From a bacterium (GTDB taxonomy: Bacteria > Patescibacteriota > Minisyncoccia > Minisyncoccales > PWPS01), in NCBI GenBank assembly GCA_018400405.1, contig JAGYMX010000002.1:1-36150 (forward strand): 36,150 nucleotides of DNA, written 5' to 3'. Positions 7,124 to 15,344 of this stretch are shown piece after piece. The number at the start of each line of letters is the position of its first letter. The stretch's first letter is position 1. Below the pieces are notes generated by a model. The model was not told the DNA's origin, searched no databases, and saw only the letters and a program-made list of their open reading frames with translations. The position numbers and the translations under genes were made by a program.

Positions 7124-8299
7124 ATGCAAAAAAAAGAAGAAAAAATAAAAGAGCTTTTAGAGAGAGGAATTGAAGAAGTAATTGACAAGAAAAATCTTGA
7201 AAAAAAACTTTTTAGTGGAAAAAAGCTACGCGTTAAACTTGGGATTGATCCTACGAGTCCAAATCTTCATCTTGGGAGGTCTATTCCTCTTTTAAAACTG
7301 CGTGACTTTCAAGAACTGGGTCACAAGATAGTTTTTATTATAGGAGATTTCACGGGAGTAATAGGAGATACATCAGATAAAGAAAGTGAAAGACCAATGC
7401 TTCCCCAGAAAGAAGTGAAAGAAAATTTAAAAACCTACATAAAGCAAGCAGAGAAGATTATTGATATAAAAAAAGCAGAAGTTTATTACAACAGTGAGTG
7501 GCTTGGAAAACTTGGCTACGCAGAGATCGGCACGCAAGCAAATATTTTTTCCTTAAACGAATTTATCTCTCGAGAAAATATAAAAAGAAGAACAAAAAAG
7601 GGGAAAAGAGTTTCTTTAAGAGAGGTGCTCTATCCTTTAATGCAGGGATATGACTCGGTTGTTGTAAAAGCGAATGTAGAGATAGGAGGAACAGACCAAA
7701 GATTTAATCTTTTAACAGGGAGAGAGATGCAGAAATTTTATAATCAAGACCCACAAGATATTATTACTAATCCACTTATTGAGGGGACAGATGGGAAAAA
7801 AATGAGTTCAAGTATGGGGAATACGATTAATCTTTCTGAAGATCCCAGTGATATGTTTGGGAAAGTAATGTCTCTCCAAGATGAACTGATTATAAGATAC
7901 TTTACTCTTCTTACAAGGAAAGATATGGAAACGGTGAAAAGCTATGAAAAGAAAATTAAGAAAGGAGAAAATCCTCGTAATATAAAATTAAAGTTAGCAA
8001 AAGAAATTGTTAAAATGTATCACTCGGAAAGTGAGGCGATTAATGCAGAGAGTTATTTTATAAATACTTTTTCAAAAAAAGAAGTTCCAGAGAAATTAAA
8101 AAAATTAAAACCATCTTCTTACGATATTGTCTCTGTTCTTCTTGATGGTGGTTTTGTTTCTTCAAGATCAGAAGCGAAAAGAGTTATTTCTCAAGGAGGA
8201 GTAAAAATAAACGGAAAAAAAATAAAGGAGATTAATTTTAAAGTAAAAGAAGGATCTGTTCTTCAGAAAGGAAAGATGAACTTTCTTAAGGTTGTTTAA
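7124..8299 (+). CDS. tyrS: Tyrosine--tRNA ligase (with C-terminal S4-like domain)
   Basis: 391 aa. GIDPTSPNLHLGRSIPL (HIGH-type), KMSSSMGN (KMSKS-type), and C-terminal S4-like LLDGGFVSSRSEAKRVISQGGVKINGKKI. Confidence 0.9.
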   Translation: MQKKEEKIKELLERGIEEVIDKKNLEKKLFSGKKLRVKLGIDPTSPNLHLGRSIPLLKLRDFQELGHKIVFIIGDFTGVIGDTSDKESERPMLPQKEVKENLKTYIKQAEKIIDIKKAEVYYNSEWLGKLGYAEIGTQANIFSLNEFISRENIKRRTKKGKRVSLREVLYPLMQGYDSVVVKANVEIGGTDQRFNLLTGREMQKFYNQDPQDIITNPLIEGTDGKKMSSSMGNTINLSEDPSDMFGKVMSLQDELIIRYFTLLTRKDMETVKSYEKKIKKGENPRNIKLKLAKEIVKMYHSESEAINAESYFINTFSKKEVPEKLKKLKPSSYDIVSVLLDGGFVSSRSEAKRVISQGGVKINGKKIKEINFKVKEGSVLQKGKMNFLKVV

Positions 8300-8309
8300 T
8301 TCTTTTTGT

Positions 8310-8337
8310 TTGACAAAAAGAAATATTTTGTTATTCT
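8310..8337 (+). promoter_or_regulatory. Candidate promoter between tyrS and nusA (TTGACA-16 nt-TATTCT)
   Basis: TTGACA at 8310-8315, 16-nt spacer, TATTCT at 8332-8337. Lies upstream of the hairpin at 8361. Confidence 0.35.
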
Positions 8338-8360
8338 ATTAAGCAGATTGAAGTGTTACC

Positions 8361-8387
8361 TGTCCGTTGAGAAACGGACATTTTTTT
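8361..8387 (+). terminator. Intrinsic terminator-type hairpin (tyrS terminator and/or nusA leader attenuator)
   Basis: tgtccgtt-gaga-aacggaca forms a perfect 8-bp stem with a 4-nt loop, followed by TTTTTTT (8381-8387). It ends 22 nt before the nusA ATG. Confidence 0.7.
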
Positions 8388-8409
8388 ACAAAATTTTAAG
8401 AAAAAGAAT

Positions 8410-9708
8410 ATGGATATTAAAGGATTTACTTCTGCAATTTCTCAGATTGCAACAGAAAAAGAGATACCTCAAGAAAAAGTAGTAGACATTATAGAACAGG
8501 CCGTTGCTACCGCTTATAAAAAGGAATACCGAGAAAAGGGGGAAGTAGTAAAAGCAAAGATTGATGCAAAAACAGGAGAGGCACATTTTTGGTTGGTAAA
8601 AACAGTGGTAGATGAAAACACGGCTGTTTTTTCTGATGAAGATGGAGAAACAGAAGAAGAGCAAGAAGTAGAAGAAGGAAAAGTAAGGTACAACCCAAAG
8701 CGACATATGACCCTTGAAGAAGCAAAAAAGATAAAGAAAGATGTAAAAACAGGAGAAGAGATAGAGACTCCATTAGAAGTAAAAGAAAGTTTTGGAAGAA
8801 TTGCTGCCCAAACAGCAAAACAAGTAATTTTGCAAAAAATAAAAGAGACAGAAAGAGAGTTGATTTTTGCAGAGTATAAAGAAAAAGAAGGGGATGTTCT
8901 TTCTGGAATAGTACAAAGAATAGAAGGGAGAAATGTTCTTATGGATATCGGAAAAATATTAGGTGTACTCCATAAAGAAGAACAGATCCCAGGAGAGTCG
9001 TATCGTCCGGGACAAAGATACAAAGTGTATGTTTTAAGTGTAGAAGAAAGTTCAAAGGGTCCGAATGTGGTTCTTTCTCGTGCTTTTCCGAAACTTGTTT
9101 CTAAGCTTTTTGAGCTGGAGGTTCCTGAAATTGCTGCCGAAACAGTAGAAATTAAATCAATTGCTCGAGAGCCAGGGTCAAGAACAAAAATTGCCGTGTA
9201 CTCTGAAGAAGAAGGAGTAGATCCAGTAGGAACTGCTGTTGGGCAAAGAGGGACGCGAGTGGGAGCAATTATTTCTGAGCTAGGAGGAGAAAAAATAGAT
9301 ATAGTAGAGTATTTGGAAAAACCAGAAGACTTTATTAGAAACGCACTCTCTCCTGCAAAGATTTCTGACGTAGAAATAAAAGATGGACGAGCAGTTGTAA
9401 CTGTGCCTGATGATCAACTTTCTCTTGCTATTGGAAAAGAAGGGCAGAATGTGCGTCTTGCAGCGAAGCTTACTGGCTGGAGAATAGACGTAAAAGCAAT
9501 TGGAAAAGAGAAAATAGAAGAAACAGCGGAGGTTAATGACGTAGATAAAAAAGAAACGGAAAAAAATAAAGAAACTCAAGATGGAGAGAAAGAGCTTTCG
9601 AAAAACGAAGAAAATAAAGAAGACAGCAGAAAAGAGAAAAATTCTACAGAAAAAGAAACGGAAGAAAAAAATCTTGAAGAAAACTCAAAAAAAGAAAAAG
9701 AAGATTAG
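8410..9708 (+). CDS. nusA: Transcription termination/antitermination factor NusA, with an acidic N-terminal insertion and a Lys/Glu-rich C-terminal tail
   Basis: 432 aa. NTD (…[31 protein letters not shown]), S1 ([21 protein letters not shown]), KH1/KH2 (…[24 protein letters not shown]…, …[23 protein letters not shown]). Confidence 0.93.
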   Translation: MDIKGFTSAISQIATEKEIPQEKVVDIIEQAVATAYKKEYREKGEVVKAKIDAKTGEAHFWLVKTVVDENTAVFSDEDGETEEEQEVEEGKVRYNPKRHMTLEEAKKIKKDVKTGEEIETPLEVKESFGRIAAQTAKQVILQKIKETERELIFAEYKEKEGDVLSGIVQRIEGRNVLMDIGKILGVLHKEEQIPGESYRPGQRYKVYVLSVEESSKGPNVVLSRAFPKLVSKLFELEVPEIAAETVEIKSIAREPGSRTKIAVYSEEEGVDPVGTAVGQRGTRVGAIISELGGEKIDIVEYLEKPEDFIRNALSPAKISDVEIKDGRAVVTVPDDQLSLAIGKEGQNVRLAAKLTGWRIDVKAIGKEKIEETAEVNDVDKKETEKNKETQDGEKELSKNEENKEDSRKEKNSTEKETEEKNLEENSKKEKED

Positions 9709-9731
9709 TTAAAAATTTAAAATCTAAAAAT

Positions 9732-10322
9732 ATGACACTAATTCCAACAGTAATAGAAAAAACTCAGTATGGAGAGCGAGCCTACGATATATACTCTCGT
9801 CTCTTAAAAGAAAGAATTATTTTTTTAGGAACGCCAATTAATGATGGCGTTGCTAATGCAATAATTGCGCAGATGCTTTTTTTGGCGAGTCAAAGTTCGC
9901 AAAAAGATATTCGGCTTTATATCAACAGTCCTGGAGGGGTAGTTACCGCAGGAATGGCCATTTACGATACGATGCAGTATGTAAGATGTGACGTTTCTAC
10001 AGTTTGTGTAGGAATGGCCGGTTCAATGGCCGCTGTGCTTCTTGCGACGGGTACACCAAAAAAAAGATTTGCACTTCCAAACTCAGAAATTCTTCTTCAC
10101 CAAGTAATGGGAGGAGCACAAGGAGCGGCTTCAGAGATAGAGATAACAGCAAAGCAGATCTTAAAAATTAAAGACAGAATAAACAATATTCTTTCTGCAC
10201 ACACCAAGCAACCCTTAAAAAAGATACAAAAAGATACGGACAGGGATTTTTATCTTTCTGCCAAGGAAGCGAAAGATTATGGAGTTATTGATGAAGTAAT
10301 CACAGAAAAGAAAAGAATATAA
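9732..10322 (+). CDS. clpP: ATP-dependent Clp protease proteolytic subunit
   Basis: 196 aa. …[19 protein letters not shown]…, catalytic Ser in [11 protein letters not shown], His in LLHQVMGG, Asp in [10 protein letters not shown]. Confidence 0.95.
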   Translation: MTLIPTVIEKTQYGERAYDIYSRLLKERIIFLGTPINDGVANAIIAQMLFLASQSSQKDIRLYINSPGGVVTAGMAIYDTMQYVRCDVSTVCVGMAGSMAAVLLATGTPKKRFALPNSEILLHQVMGGAQGAASEIEITAKQILKIKDRINNILSAHTKQPLKKIQKDTDRDFYLSAKEAKDYGVIDEVITEKKRI

Positions 10323-10357
10323 GCAACTCTCTTTTTTATTTTAAGAAAAACTCTTTT

Positions 10358-10386
10358 TTGACAAAGTTTCTTCTTTCTGATATATT
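10358..10386 (+). promoter_or_regulatory. Strong sigma70-like promoter (TTGACA-17 nt-TATATT) about 275 nt upstream of rny
   Basis: TTGACA at 10358-10363, exact 17-nt spacer, TATATT at 10381-10386. Confidence 0.5.
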
Positions 10387-10409
10387 AAAAAACAGTTAAA
10401 CAATTAACC

Positions 10410-10654
10410 TTTGGGCTTGAAATCTGTAAATATCTTATGTCCGAGCAAAAAAAAGAAACTTTTAGCGTAGCTTATTATCCGAAAGTAGAAAATAATCTCA
10501 CTAAAAAAATAAAGCCAAAAAAAGCTGTTTTGAATGAAAATAGTCATTTTTTGCGGTTGTAAGAAACTCTAGTTTCTTTTTCTAAAGAGATTTTTTAGAA
10601 AAAGAAATACCGAAGCATTCGGACAAAAGGTTTATGGTATTTCAAGCTACCAAA
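10410..10654 (+). other. Structured RNA region (long rny leader, small RNA, or small-ORF transcript)
   Basis: Long-range complementarity: 10410-10423 (tttgggcttgaaat) pairs with 10639-10654 (atttcaagc-ta-ccaaa) as 9+5 bp, and 10438-10444 (tgtccga) pairs with 10619-10625 (tcggaca). Competing local hairpins lie at 10605-10611/10636-10642 and 10610-10622. A terminator-like hairpin sits at 10561-10578, followed by TTTCT. Confidence 0.3.
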
Positions 10655-10662
10655 ATTTTGAT

Positions 10663-12192
10663 ATGGAACAGATAATTTTACTCATAACAGGAACTATCTC
10701 TTTAGTTGTTGGTGCAGTTTTGGGATATTTTGCGAGACAATCAATTGCAAAAAGAGATTACAAAGCGTTAGAAACAAAAGTACAGAGTCGGATTGATTAT
10801 GCAAAAAAGAAAAGTAAGGAGATAATTATTGAAGCGAAAAAAAAATACGCGGAAATAATAGAGACAGGAAGAAAAGAAACGGAAGAAAAAAATGAAGAGC
10901 TTTTCAAAAGAGAGAAGTTTCTTTTAAAAAGAGAAAATACATTAGATCAGAGAATTTCGGATTACGAAAGAAAAGAAAAAATCTTTAACCAGAGAGTGAA
11001 AAGGTTAAGGGAGCTAAAAGAGGAGATGGATGAAATAAAAAAGAAAGCGGAAGAGGAACTTATGAAAGTTGCCGGACTCTCTAAAGAAGAAGCAAAAGAA
11101 GAACTTTATAACGTGCTCGAAAAAGAGTACGAGATGGATATTTTAGAAAGGATAAATAAGCTTGAGAAAGAAGGAGAAGAAAGATATTTAAGTAGAGCAA
11201 AGGAGATACTTTCTTCTGTTATCCAAAAATACTCTTCTTCTCAAGTTCAAGATTTGACAACAACAAATGTTAGTTTACCCGATGATGATATTAAAGGAAG
11301 AATTATTGGAAAAGAAGGAAGAAATATTAAAACTTTAGAAAAACTTACAGGAGCAGAGGTTGTTGTGGATGATACACCAGGTGTAGTGATTATTTCTAGT
11401 TTTGATCCTATAAGAAGGCAGATAGCAAAAACAGCTCTAGAAAAGCTTATTTTTGATGGAAGGATTCAGCCAGCAAGAATTGAAGAGATGGTAGAACGGG
11501 CAGAAGAAGATATTTCTGATGAAATAAAGAAGGCGGGAGAAGGCGCTGTTTATGAAACAGGAATTATTGATCTTGACCCAAAAGTAGTAAATCTTTTAGG
11601 GCGACTTCGTTTCCGTTCAAGTTACGGACAAAATGTTTTAAATCACTCTTTGGAGGTGTGTTTCTTGGCGGAAGCTCTTGCTGCAGAGATAGGAGCAGAT
11701 ACCTCTGTTTGTAAAAAAGCAGGCCTTTTACATGATATAGGGAAGGCTCTTGATCATCAGGTAGAAGGATCTCATGTGGATATTGGGATGAGAGTTCTAC
11801 AAAAGTTTGGGGTTGAAGAAGAAGTAATTAATGCGATGAAGTCGCATCACGAAGAATACCCCTATGAAAGCATAGAAGCAGTAATTGTACAGACCGCAGA
11901 TGCGATCTCTGGAGGAAGACCGGGAGCAAGAAAAGACACCTTAGAAAACTATCTAAAAAGGTTGGGAGAACTAGAAGAGGTGGCAAACTCTTTCTCTGGA
12001 GTAGAAAAAACTTATGCGATTCAAGCAGGAAGAGAAGTAAGAGTTTTTGTGAGACCAGAAGAAATTGGTGATTTAGAGGCAAAAAAAATGGCACGAGAAA
12101 TAGCAAAAAGAATACAGTCCGAACTAAAGTATCCAGGAGAGATAAAGATAACCCTTATAAGAGAAAGTAGGGTTATTGAGTATGCAAAATAA
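10663..12192 (+). CDS. rny: Ribonuclease Y
   Basis: 509 aa. N-terminal TM helix (IILLITGTISLVVGAVLGYF), coiled coil, KH (GRIIGKEGRNIKTLEKLTGAEVVVDD), HD domain (…LLHDIGKALDH…). Confidence 0.93.
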   Translation: MEQIILLITGTISLVVGAVLGYFARQSIAKRDYKALETKVQSRIDYAKKKSKEIIIEAKKKYAEIIETGRKETEEKNEELFKREKFLLKRENTLDQRISDYERKEKIFNQRVKRLRELKEEMDEIKKKAEEELMKVAGLSKEEAKEELYNVLEKEYEMDILERINKLEKEGEERYLSRAKEILSSVIQKYSSSQVQDLTTTNVSLPDDDIKGRIIGKEGRNIKTLEKLTGAEVVVDDTPGVVIISSFDPIRRQIAKTALEKLIFDGRIQPARIEEMVERAEEDISDEIKKAGEGAVYETGIIDLDPKVVNLLGRLRFRSSYGQNVLNHSLEVCFLAEALAAEIGADTSVCKKAGLLHDIGKALDHQVEGSHVDIGMRVLQKFGVEEEVINAMKSHHEEYPYESIEAVIVQTADAISGGRPGARKDTLENYLKRLGELEEVANSFSGVEKTYAIQAGREVRVFVRPEEIGDLEAKKMAREIAKRIQSELKYPGEIKITLIRESRVIEYAK

Positions 12193-12214
12193 AGAGCTAA
12201 AAAAAGAAAGAAAA

Positions 12215-12243
12215 ACACCGTCAAAACAGACGGTGTTTTTTTT
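12215..12243. terminator. Bidirectional intrinsic terminator between rny (+) and the tRNA-Gly/Pro unit (-)
   Basis: acaccgtc-aaaaca-gacggtgt forms an 8-bp stem, flanked by an A-run on the left and a T-run on the right (12237-12243). Confidence 0.8.
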
Positions 12244-12244
12244 G

Positions 12245-12316
12245 AGCGGGCGATGGGAATCGAACCCACATCACGACCTTGGAAGGGTCGGGTAATAGCC
12301 TTTATACCACGCCCGC
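12245..12316 (-). tRNA. tRNA-Gly (anticodon TCC), no encoded CCA
   Basis: GCGGGCG TG GTAT AAAGGCTA TTAC C CGACC CT-TCC-AA GGTCG TGAT GTGGG TTCGATT CCCAT CGCCCGC T. U73 discriminator, as in bacterial tRNA-Gly. Confidence 0.9.
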
Positions 12317-12365
12317 GACGTGTATATTTTATAACAAAATCTTTATAAGGCAAGATGTCAAAAAT

Positions 12366-12436
12366 TCGGAGAGCCGGGATTCGAACCCGAACTACATCCT
12401 CCCAAAGGATGCGTGCTGCCGTTACACCACTCTCCG
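12366..12436 (-). tRNA. tRNA-Pro (anticodon TGG), no encoded CCA
   Basis: CGGAGAG TG GTGT AACGGCA GCAC G CATCC TT-TGG-GA GGATG TAGT TCGGG TTCGAAT CCCGG CTCTCCG A. C1:G72 pair present. Confidence 0.9.
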
Positions 12437-12499
12437 GAACTATTTACAAAAAGAATTATAGCAGATATTTATTTTTACTAAAAGGAAGTTTAAAATTTA

Positions 12500-12528
12500 T
12501 TGGCAAGGAATGGGCGATGTGATAAGAT
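12500..12528 (+). promoter_or_regulatory. Candidate promoter for the exonuclease/sensor operon (TTGGCA-17 nt-TAAGAT)
   Basis: TTGGCA at 12500-12505, 17-nt spacer, TAAGAT at 12523-12528. Only 9 nt lie before the ATG at 12538, and there is no SD. Confidence 0.35.
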
Positions 12529-12537
12529 GATCTTAAT

Positions 12538-13473
12538 ATGAAAAGAGAAAAACTTCTTCTTTTTGATACAAACTCTATTATCCATCGTGCTTTTCACGCG
12601 TTACCTCCCTTAAAAGATAGTGAGGGCAATCCAGCAGGAGCACTTTACGGATCGCTTCTCGCGTTTTTTAAGATTCTTCAAGAAATTAATCCTTGCTATG
12701 TGGCTGTTGCTTTTGATTCTCCCGGAAAAACTTTTCGCCACAAAAAATATAAAGAATATAAAGCCAACCGACCGAAAGCGCCGGAAGAATTGATATCCCA
12801 AATTAAAAAAACAAAAGAAGTTTTTGCAAAAATAGGGGTAAAAGTTTTTTCCAAAGAAGGATTAGAGGCGGATGATATTGTCGGTGCGATTTCTTATCAA
12901 GCTCCTCAAGAAATTGAAACAGTAATTGTTACTGGAGATGCTGATATTCTTCAGCTTGTCAATGAAAAAACAAAAGTATATACTTTAAAAAGAGGAGTAA
13001 AAGAGACTGTTCTTTATGATAAAGAAAGGGTGAAAGAAAAGTACGAAGGAGTTGGTCCGGAAAAAATAATAGAGATAAAGTCGCTTCAAGGCGACCCTTC
13101 AGACAATATTCCGGGAGTTAAGGGGGTAGGTAAAAAAACAGCAGTAAAGCTTATTAGGGAGTTTAAGAATTTGGAAAATCTTTATATCTCTCTTGAAGAT
13201 GGAAAGTGTGATTCTTTCTCTGAAGGATTAAAAAAGAAACTTTTGATGGGCAAGAAATCAGCATTTCTTAGCAGGGAGTTGGCAGAAATAAAAAAAACAG
13301 ATTTTTTAAAAGTTGATTTCTCAGAGCTCTTTTTTGAAAAAGACAATGTAAAGATAAAAAATATTTTGGAAGAACTTGGGTTTTCAAGTGTCGCAAAAAG
13401 ATTTTCGGCGGAAAATTTTTTAGAAAAGAAAACATCTCACGAGAAAGAAAAAAATTTGAAATTTAATTTTTAG
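12538..13473 (+). CDS. Stand-alone 5'-3' exonuclease / flap endonuclease (Pol I N-terminal domain family)
   Basis: 311 aa. LLLFDTNSIIHRAFHALPPL…GNPAGALYGSL…VAVAFDSPGKTFRHKKYKEYKANR…EADDIVG…VTGDADILQLV…LQGDPSDNIPGVKGVGKKTAVKLI (H3TH). No polymerase domain follows. Confidence 0.85.
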   Translation: MKREKLLLFDTNSIIHRAFHALPPLKDSEGNPAGALYGSLLAFFKILQEINPCYVAVAFDSPGKTFRHKKYKEYKANRPKAPEELISQIKKTKEVFAKIGVKVFSKEGLEADDIVGAISYQAPQEIETVIVTGDADILQLVNEKTKVYTLKRGVKETVLYDKERVKEKYEGVGPEKIIEIKSLQGDPSDNIPGVKGVGKKTAVKLIREFKNLENLYISLEDGKCDSFSEGLKKKLLMGKKSAFLSRELAEIKKTDFLKVDFSELFFEKDNVKIKNILEELGFSSVAKRFSAENFLEKKTSHEKEKNLKFNF

Positions 13474-13486
13474 GAAGAAGCAATTG

Positions 13487-14089
13487 ATGTATTACAATAT
13501 AAATAAAGAGACAATAAGTGCGATGATGAGTGTTCCTGGAGAGGTGCGAGGAAGTGTTCTGAAAAAGGATGAAAGTTACATACTGATGAAAGAAGGAGAG
13601 AGGAAGTTAAAAGAAGTAGAAAAAGAGATAAAGGAGATGGGGTGTGCCTTTTCTTATAAAGATATAAAGAACAGTAGTTTTTATCCTTGGGGGGAAAGAG
13701 TTCTTTCTCTTTTGGCGATAAGTATGGTGCTTAATATGGACAAAGAAAAAATAAAAGAAATGGGAAGATGTGCAGTAGAAGACACCTTTTTTGCGCGTTT
13801 TTTTATGCGCTACTTTCTTTCTCTTGAAAGTGTTTTTCAAAAAGTTTCTCGGATGTGGAGGAAGAGAAATACTATTGGAAGATTAGAGGTGGAAGAGATA
13901 GATAAAAAAAGAAGAAAAGTTGTTCTTCATCTTTATAATCTAAATTTTCACCCTATTTTTTGTGATTATCTTTGTGGATATTTTTCAAAAATTGGAAGTG
14001 TGGCACAAGGAAAAGAAGTGACCTGCAAAGAAGAAAGGTGCTATTTTAAGGGAGAAAGTCCCTTTCACGAGTTTATCTTAAGATGGTAA
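13487..14089 (+). CDS. V4R/DUF2378-like putative sensor-domain protein, paralog 1 of 4
   Basis: The ORF track starts at TTG 13484; ATG 13487 is preferred (GGAAGAAG SD at 13473-13480). Shares GEVRG, FYP, KEMG, FFMRYFLS, HPIFCDYLCGYF and C-term …ERCYFKGESPFHEFILRW with the next three ORFs. Confidence 0.8.
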   Translation: MYYNINKETISAMMSVPGEVRGSVLKKDESYILMKEGERKLKEVEKEIKEMGCAFSYKDIKNSSFYPWGERVLSLLAISMVLNMDKEKIKEMGRCAVEDTFFARFFMRYFLSLESVFQKVSRMWRKRNTIGRLEVEEIDKKRRKVVLHLYNLNFHPIFCDYLCGYFSKIGSVAQGKEVTCKEERCYFKGESPFHEFILRW

Positions 14090-14091
14090 AT

Positions 14092-14688
14092 ATGACCTAT
14101 AACATAACAAAAGAAGAAGAAAAAAAAATAAAAAATATAAAAGGAGAAGTACGTGGAGCAGTGTTTTTAACAGACAAAAGTTTTATTTTGCAAAAAGGGG
14201 GTGAAGCAAAACTTAAGCAGGTAGAGGAAGAGCTTGCAAAGAATGGCTTTCCAATTTTTTTTGAAAATATACGAGCAATGGAATTTTTTCCCTATCCTGC
14301 AAGAATTTTTTCTATTATTGTTACAGAAAAAGTATTAGATCTTGGGAGAGAGGGAGTAAAGGAAATGGGGATAAATGCTCCAAAGATGTCTTTTTTGATA
14401 AAGTTTTTTACAAATTATTTTTTATCTATCAGTAAAACATTAGAAAAAACGGGAGAGATATGGAGTAAACACGCTACTACTGGCACAGTAAAGCTGCTTG
14501 AGGTTAATGAAGAAGAAAAGTACGCAGTTTTTACTTTTCAAGGTGTTTATTTCCCAGAAATTTACTGTGATTATCTTACAGCATACCTTGGAAAAATTAT
14601 ATCCATGGCGCTTGGAGCTAAAAAAGAAGCAAGAACAGAGTGGAAAACAGAAAGCGAAGAAAATTATAGAGTAAAAGTATCTTGGTAA
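14092..14688 (+). CDS. V4R/DUF2378-like paralog 2 of 4 (divergent C-terminus)
   Basis: ATG 14092 (MTYNITKEE…) is preferred over ORF-track ATG 14083, because paralog 4 begins MTYQITDEE…. Keeps GEVRG, KEMG, SFLIKFF.NYFLS and CDYL, but lacks the HP…C…H motif set (FPEIYCDYL…ARTEWKTESEENYRVKVSW). Confidence 0.8.
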   Translation: MTYNITKEEEKKIKNIKGEVRGAVFLTDKSFILQKGGEAKLKQVEEELAKNGFPIFFENIRAMEFFPYPARIFSIIVTEKVLDLGREGVKEMGINAPKMSFLIKFFTNYFLSISKTLEKTGEIWSKHATTGTVKLLEVNEEEKYAVFTFQGVYFPEIYCDYLTAYLGKIISMALGAKKEARTEWKTESEENYRVKVSW

Positions 14689-14692
14689 AAAA

Positions 14693-15310
14693 ATGGTTTA
14701 TGAAAACGAAAAAAATTTAGAAAGAGTAAAAAACATAAAAGGAGAAGTCCGAGGGGTTACTTTAAAAACTGACGAGTATTACGTATTAAAAAAAGAAGGC
14801 GAAGAAACATTAGAGAACGTAAAAAAGGAGCTGGAAAGATTAGGTGCGGGTTTTTGCTATGAAGATTTAGATAAGATGAACTTTTATCCGATATCTTTTC
14901 GTATTTTTTCTCTTCTGGCAATAAGCAAAGTGCTACAGTATGAAAGAGAAGATATAAAAGAAATGGGGAAGGCAGCACCAAGGGTCTCTTTTCTTATAAA
15001 GTTTTTTACAAAATATTTTCTTTCTTCGGGAGAAACACTTAAAAAAGTAACAGAGATGTGGGAAAAACATTATACAGAAGGAAAGATAGAGGCAGTAGAA
15101 GTAAAAGAAGACGAAGGAAGGGCAATTTTTCGTCTTCATGAAGCTAACTTTCATCCTATCTTGTGCGATTATCTTTTAGGTTATTTTTCTTCTATTGTTT
15201 CTATGGTTGTTGGAGAAAAAACAAAAGAAGAAGAAAGAAAATGTTTTTTCCGAGGAGATAAGTACCACGAGTTTTACATAACATGGAAACCGTCAAAAGG
15301 AAAAAACTAA
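14693..15310 (+). CDS. V4R/DUF2378-like paralog 3 of 4
   Basis: 205 aa. GEVRGVTLKTD…FYPISFRIFSLLAIS…KEMGKAAPRVSFLIKFFTKYFLS…EMWEKHYTEG…HPILCDYLLGYF…ERKCFFRGDKYHEFYITW. Confidence 0.8.
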   Translation: MVYENEKNLERVKNIKGEVRGVTLKTDEYYVLKKEGEETLENVKKELERLGAGFCYEDLDKMNFYPISFRIFSLLAISKVLQYEREDIKEMGKAAPRVSFLIKFFTKYFLSSGETLKKVTEMWEKHYTEGKIEAVEVKEDEGRAIFRLHEANFHPILCDYLLGYFSSIVSMVVGEKTKEEERKCFFRGDKYHEFYITWKPSKGKN

Positions 15311-15344
15311 AATTTTATAGTTATAAAAATTAAAAAACAAAGAT

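Noticed and set aside
6680-7188. 149-aa and 63-aa minus-strand ORFs, and the 64-aa plus-strand ORF at 6781-6975
   Set aside because: They run through the cca 3' end and the tRNA-Pro and tRNA-Ala genes. The GC-rich tRNA sequence merely lacks stops.
8514-9023. 169-aa and 103-106-aa minus-strand ORFs across the nusA 5' half
   Set aside because: They are antisense shadows of GAA/AAA-rich nusA codons (Ser/Phe/Leu-rich products). nusA itself is unambiguous.
10390-10662. Assigning the rny-upstream RNA to 6S, SRP (4.5S) or RNase P RNA
   Set aside because: I could not find the conserved SRP helix-8 motif (…GGAAGCAGCC-like) or the RNase P GAGGAAAGTCC motif. 6S RNA has no sequence signature I can verify by eye. 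It is kept only as an unclassified structured region.
12021-12461. 110-aa minus-strand and 60-aa plus-strand ORFs
   Set aside because: They overlap the rny 3' end, the terminator and the tRNA-Gly and tRNA-Pro genes.
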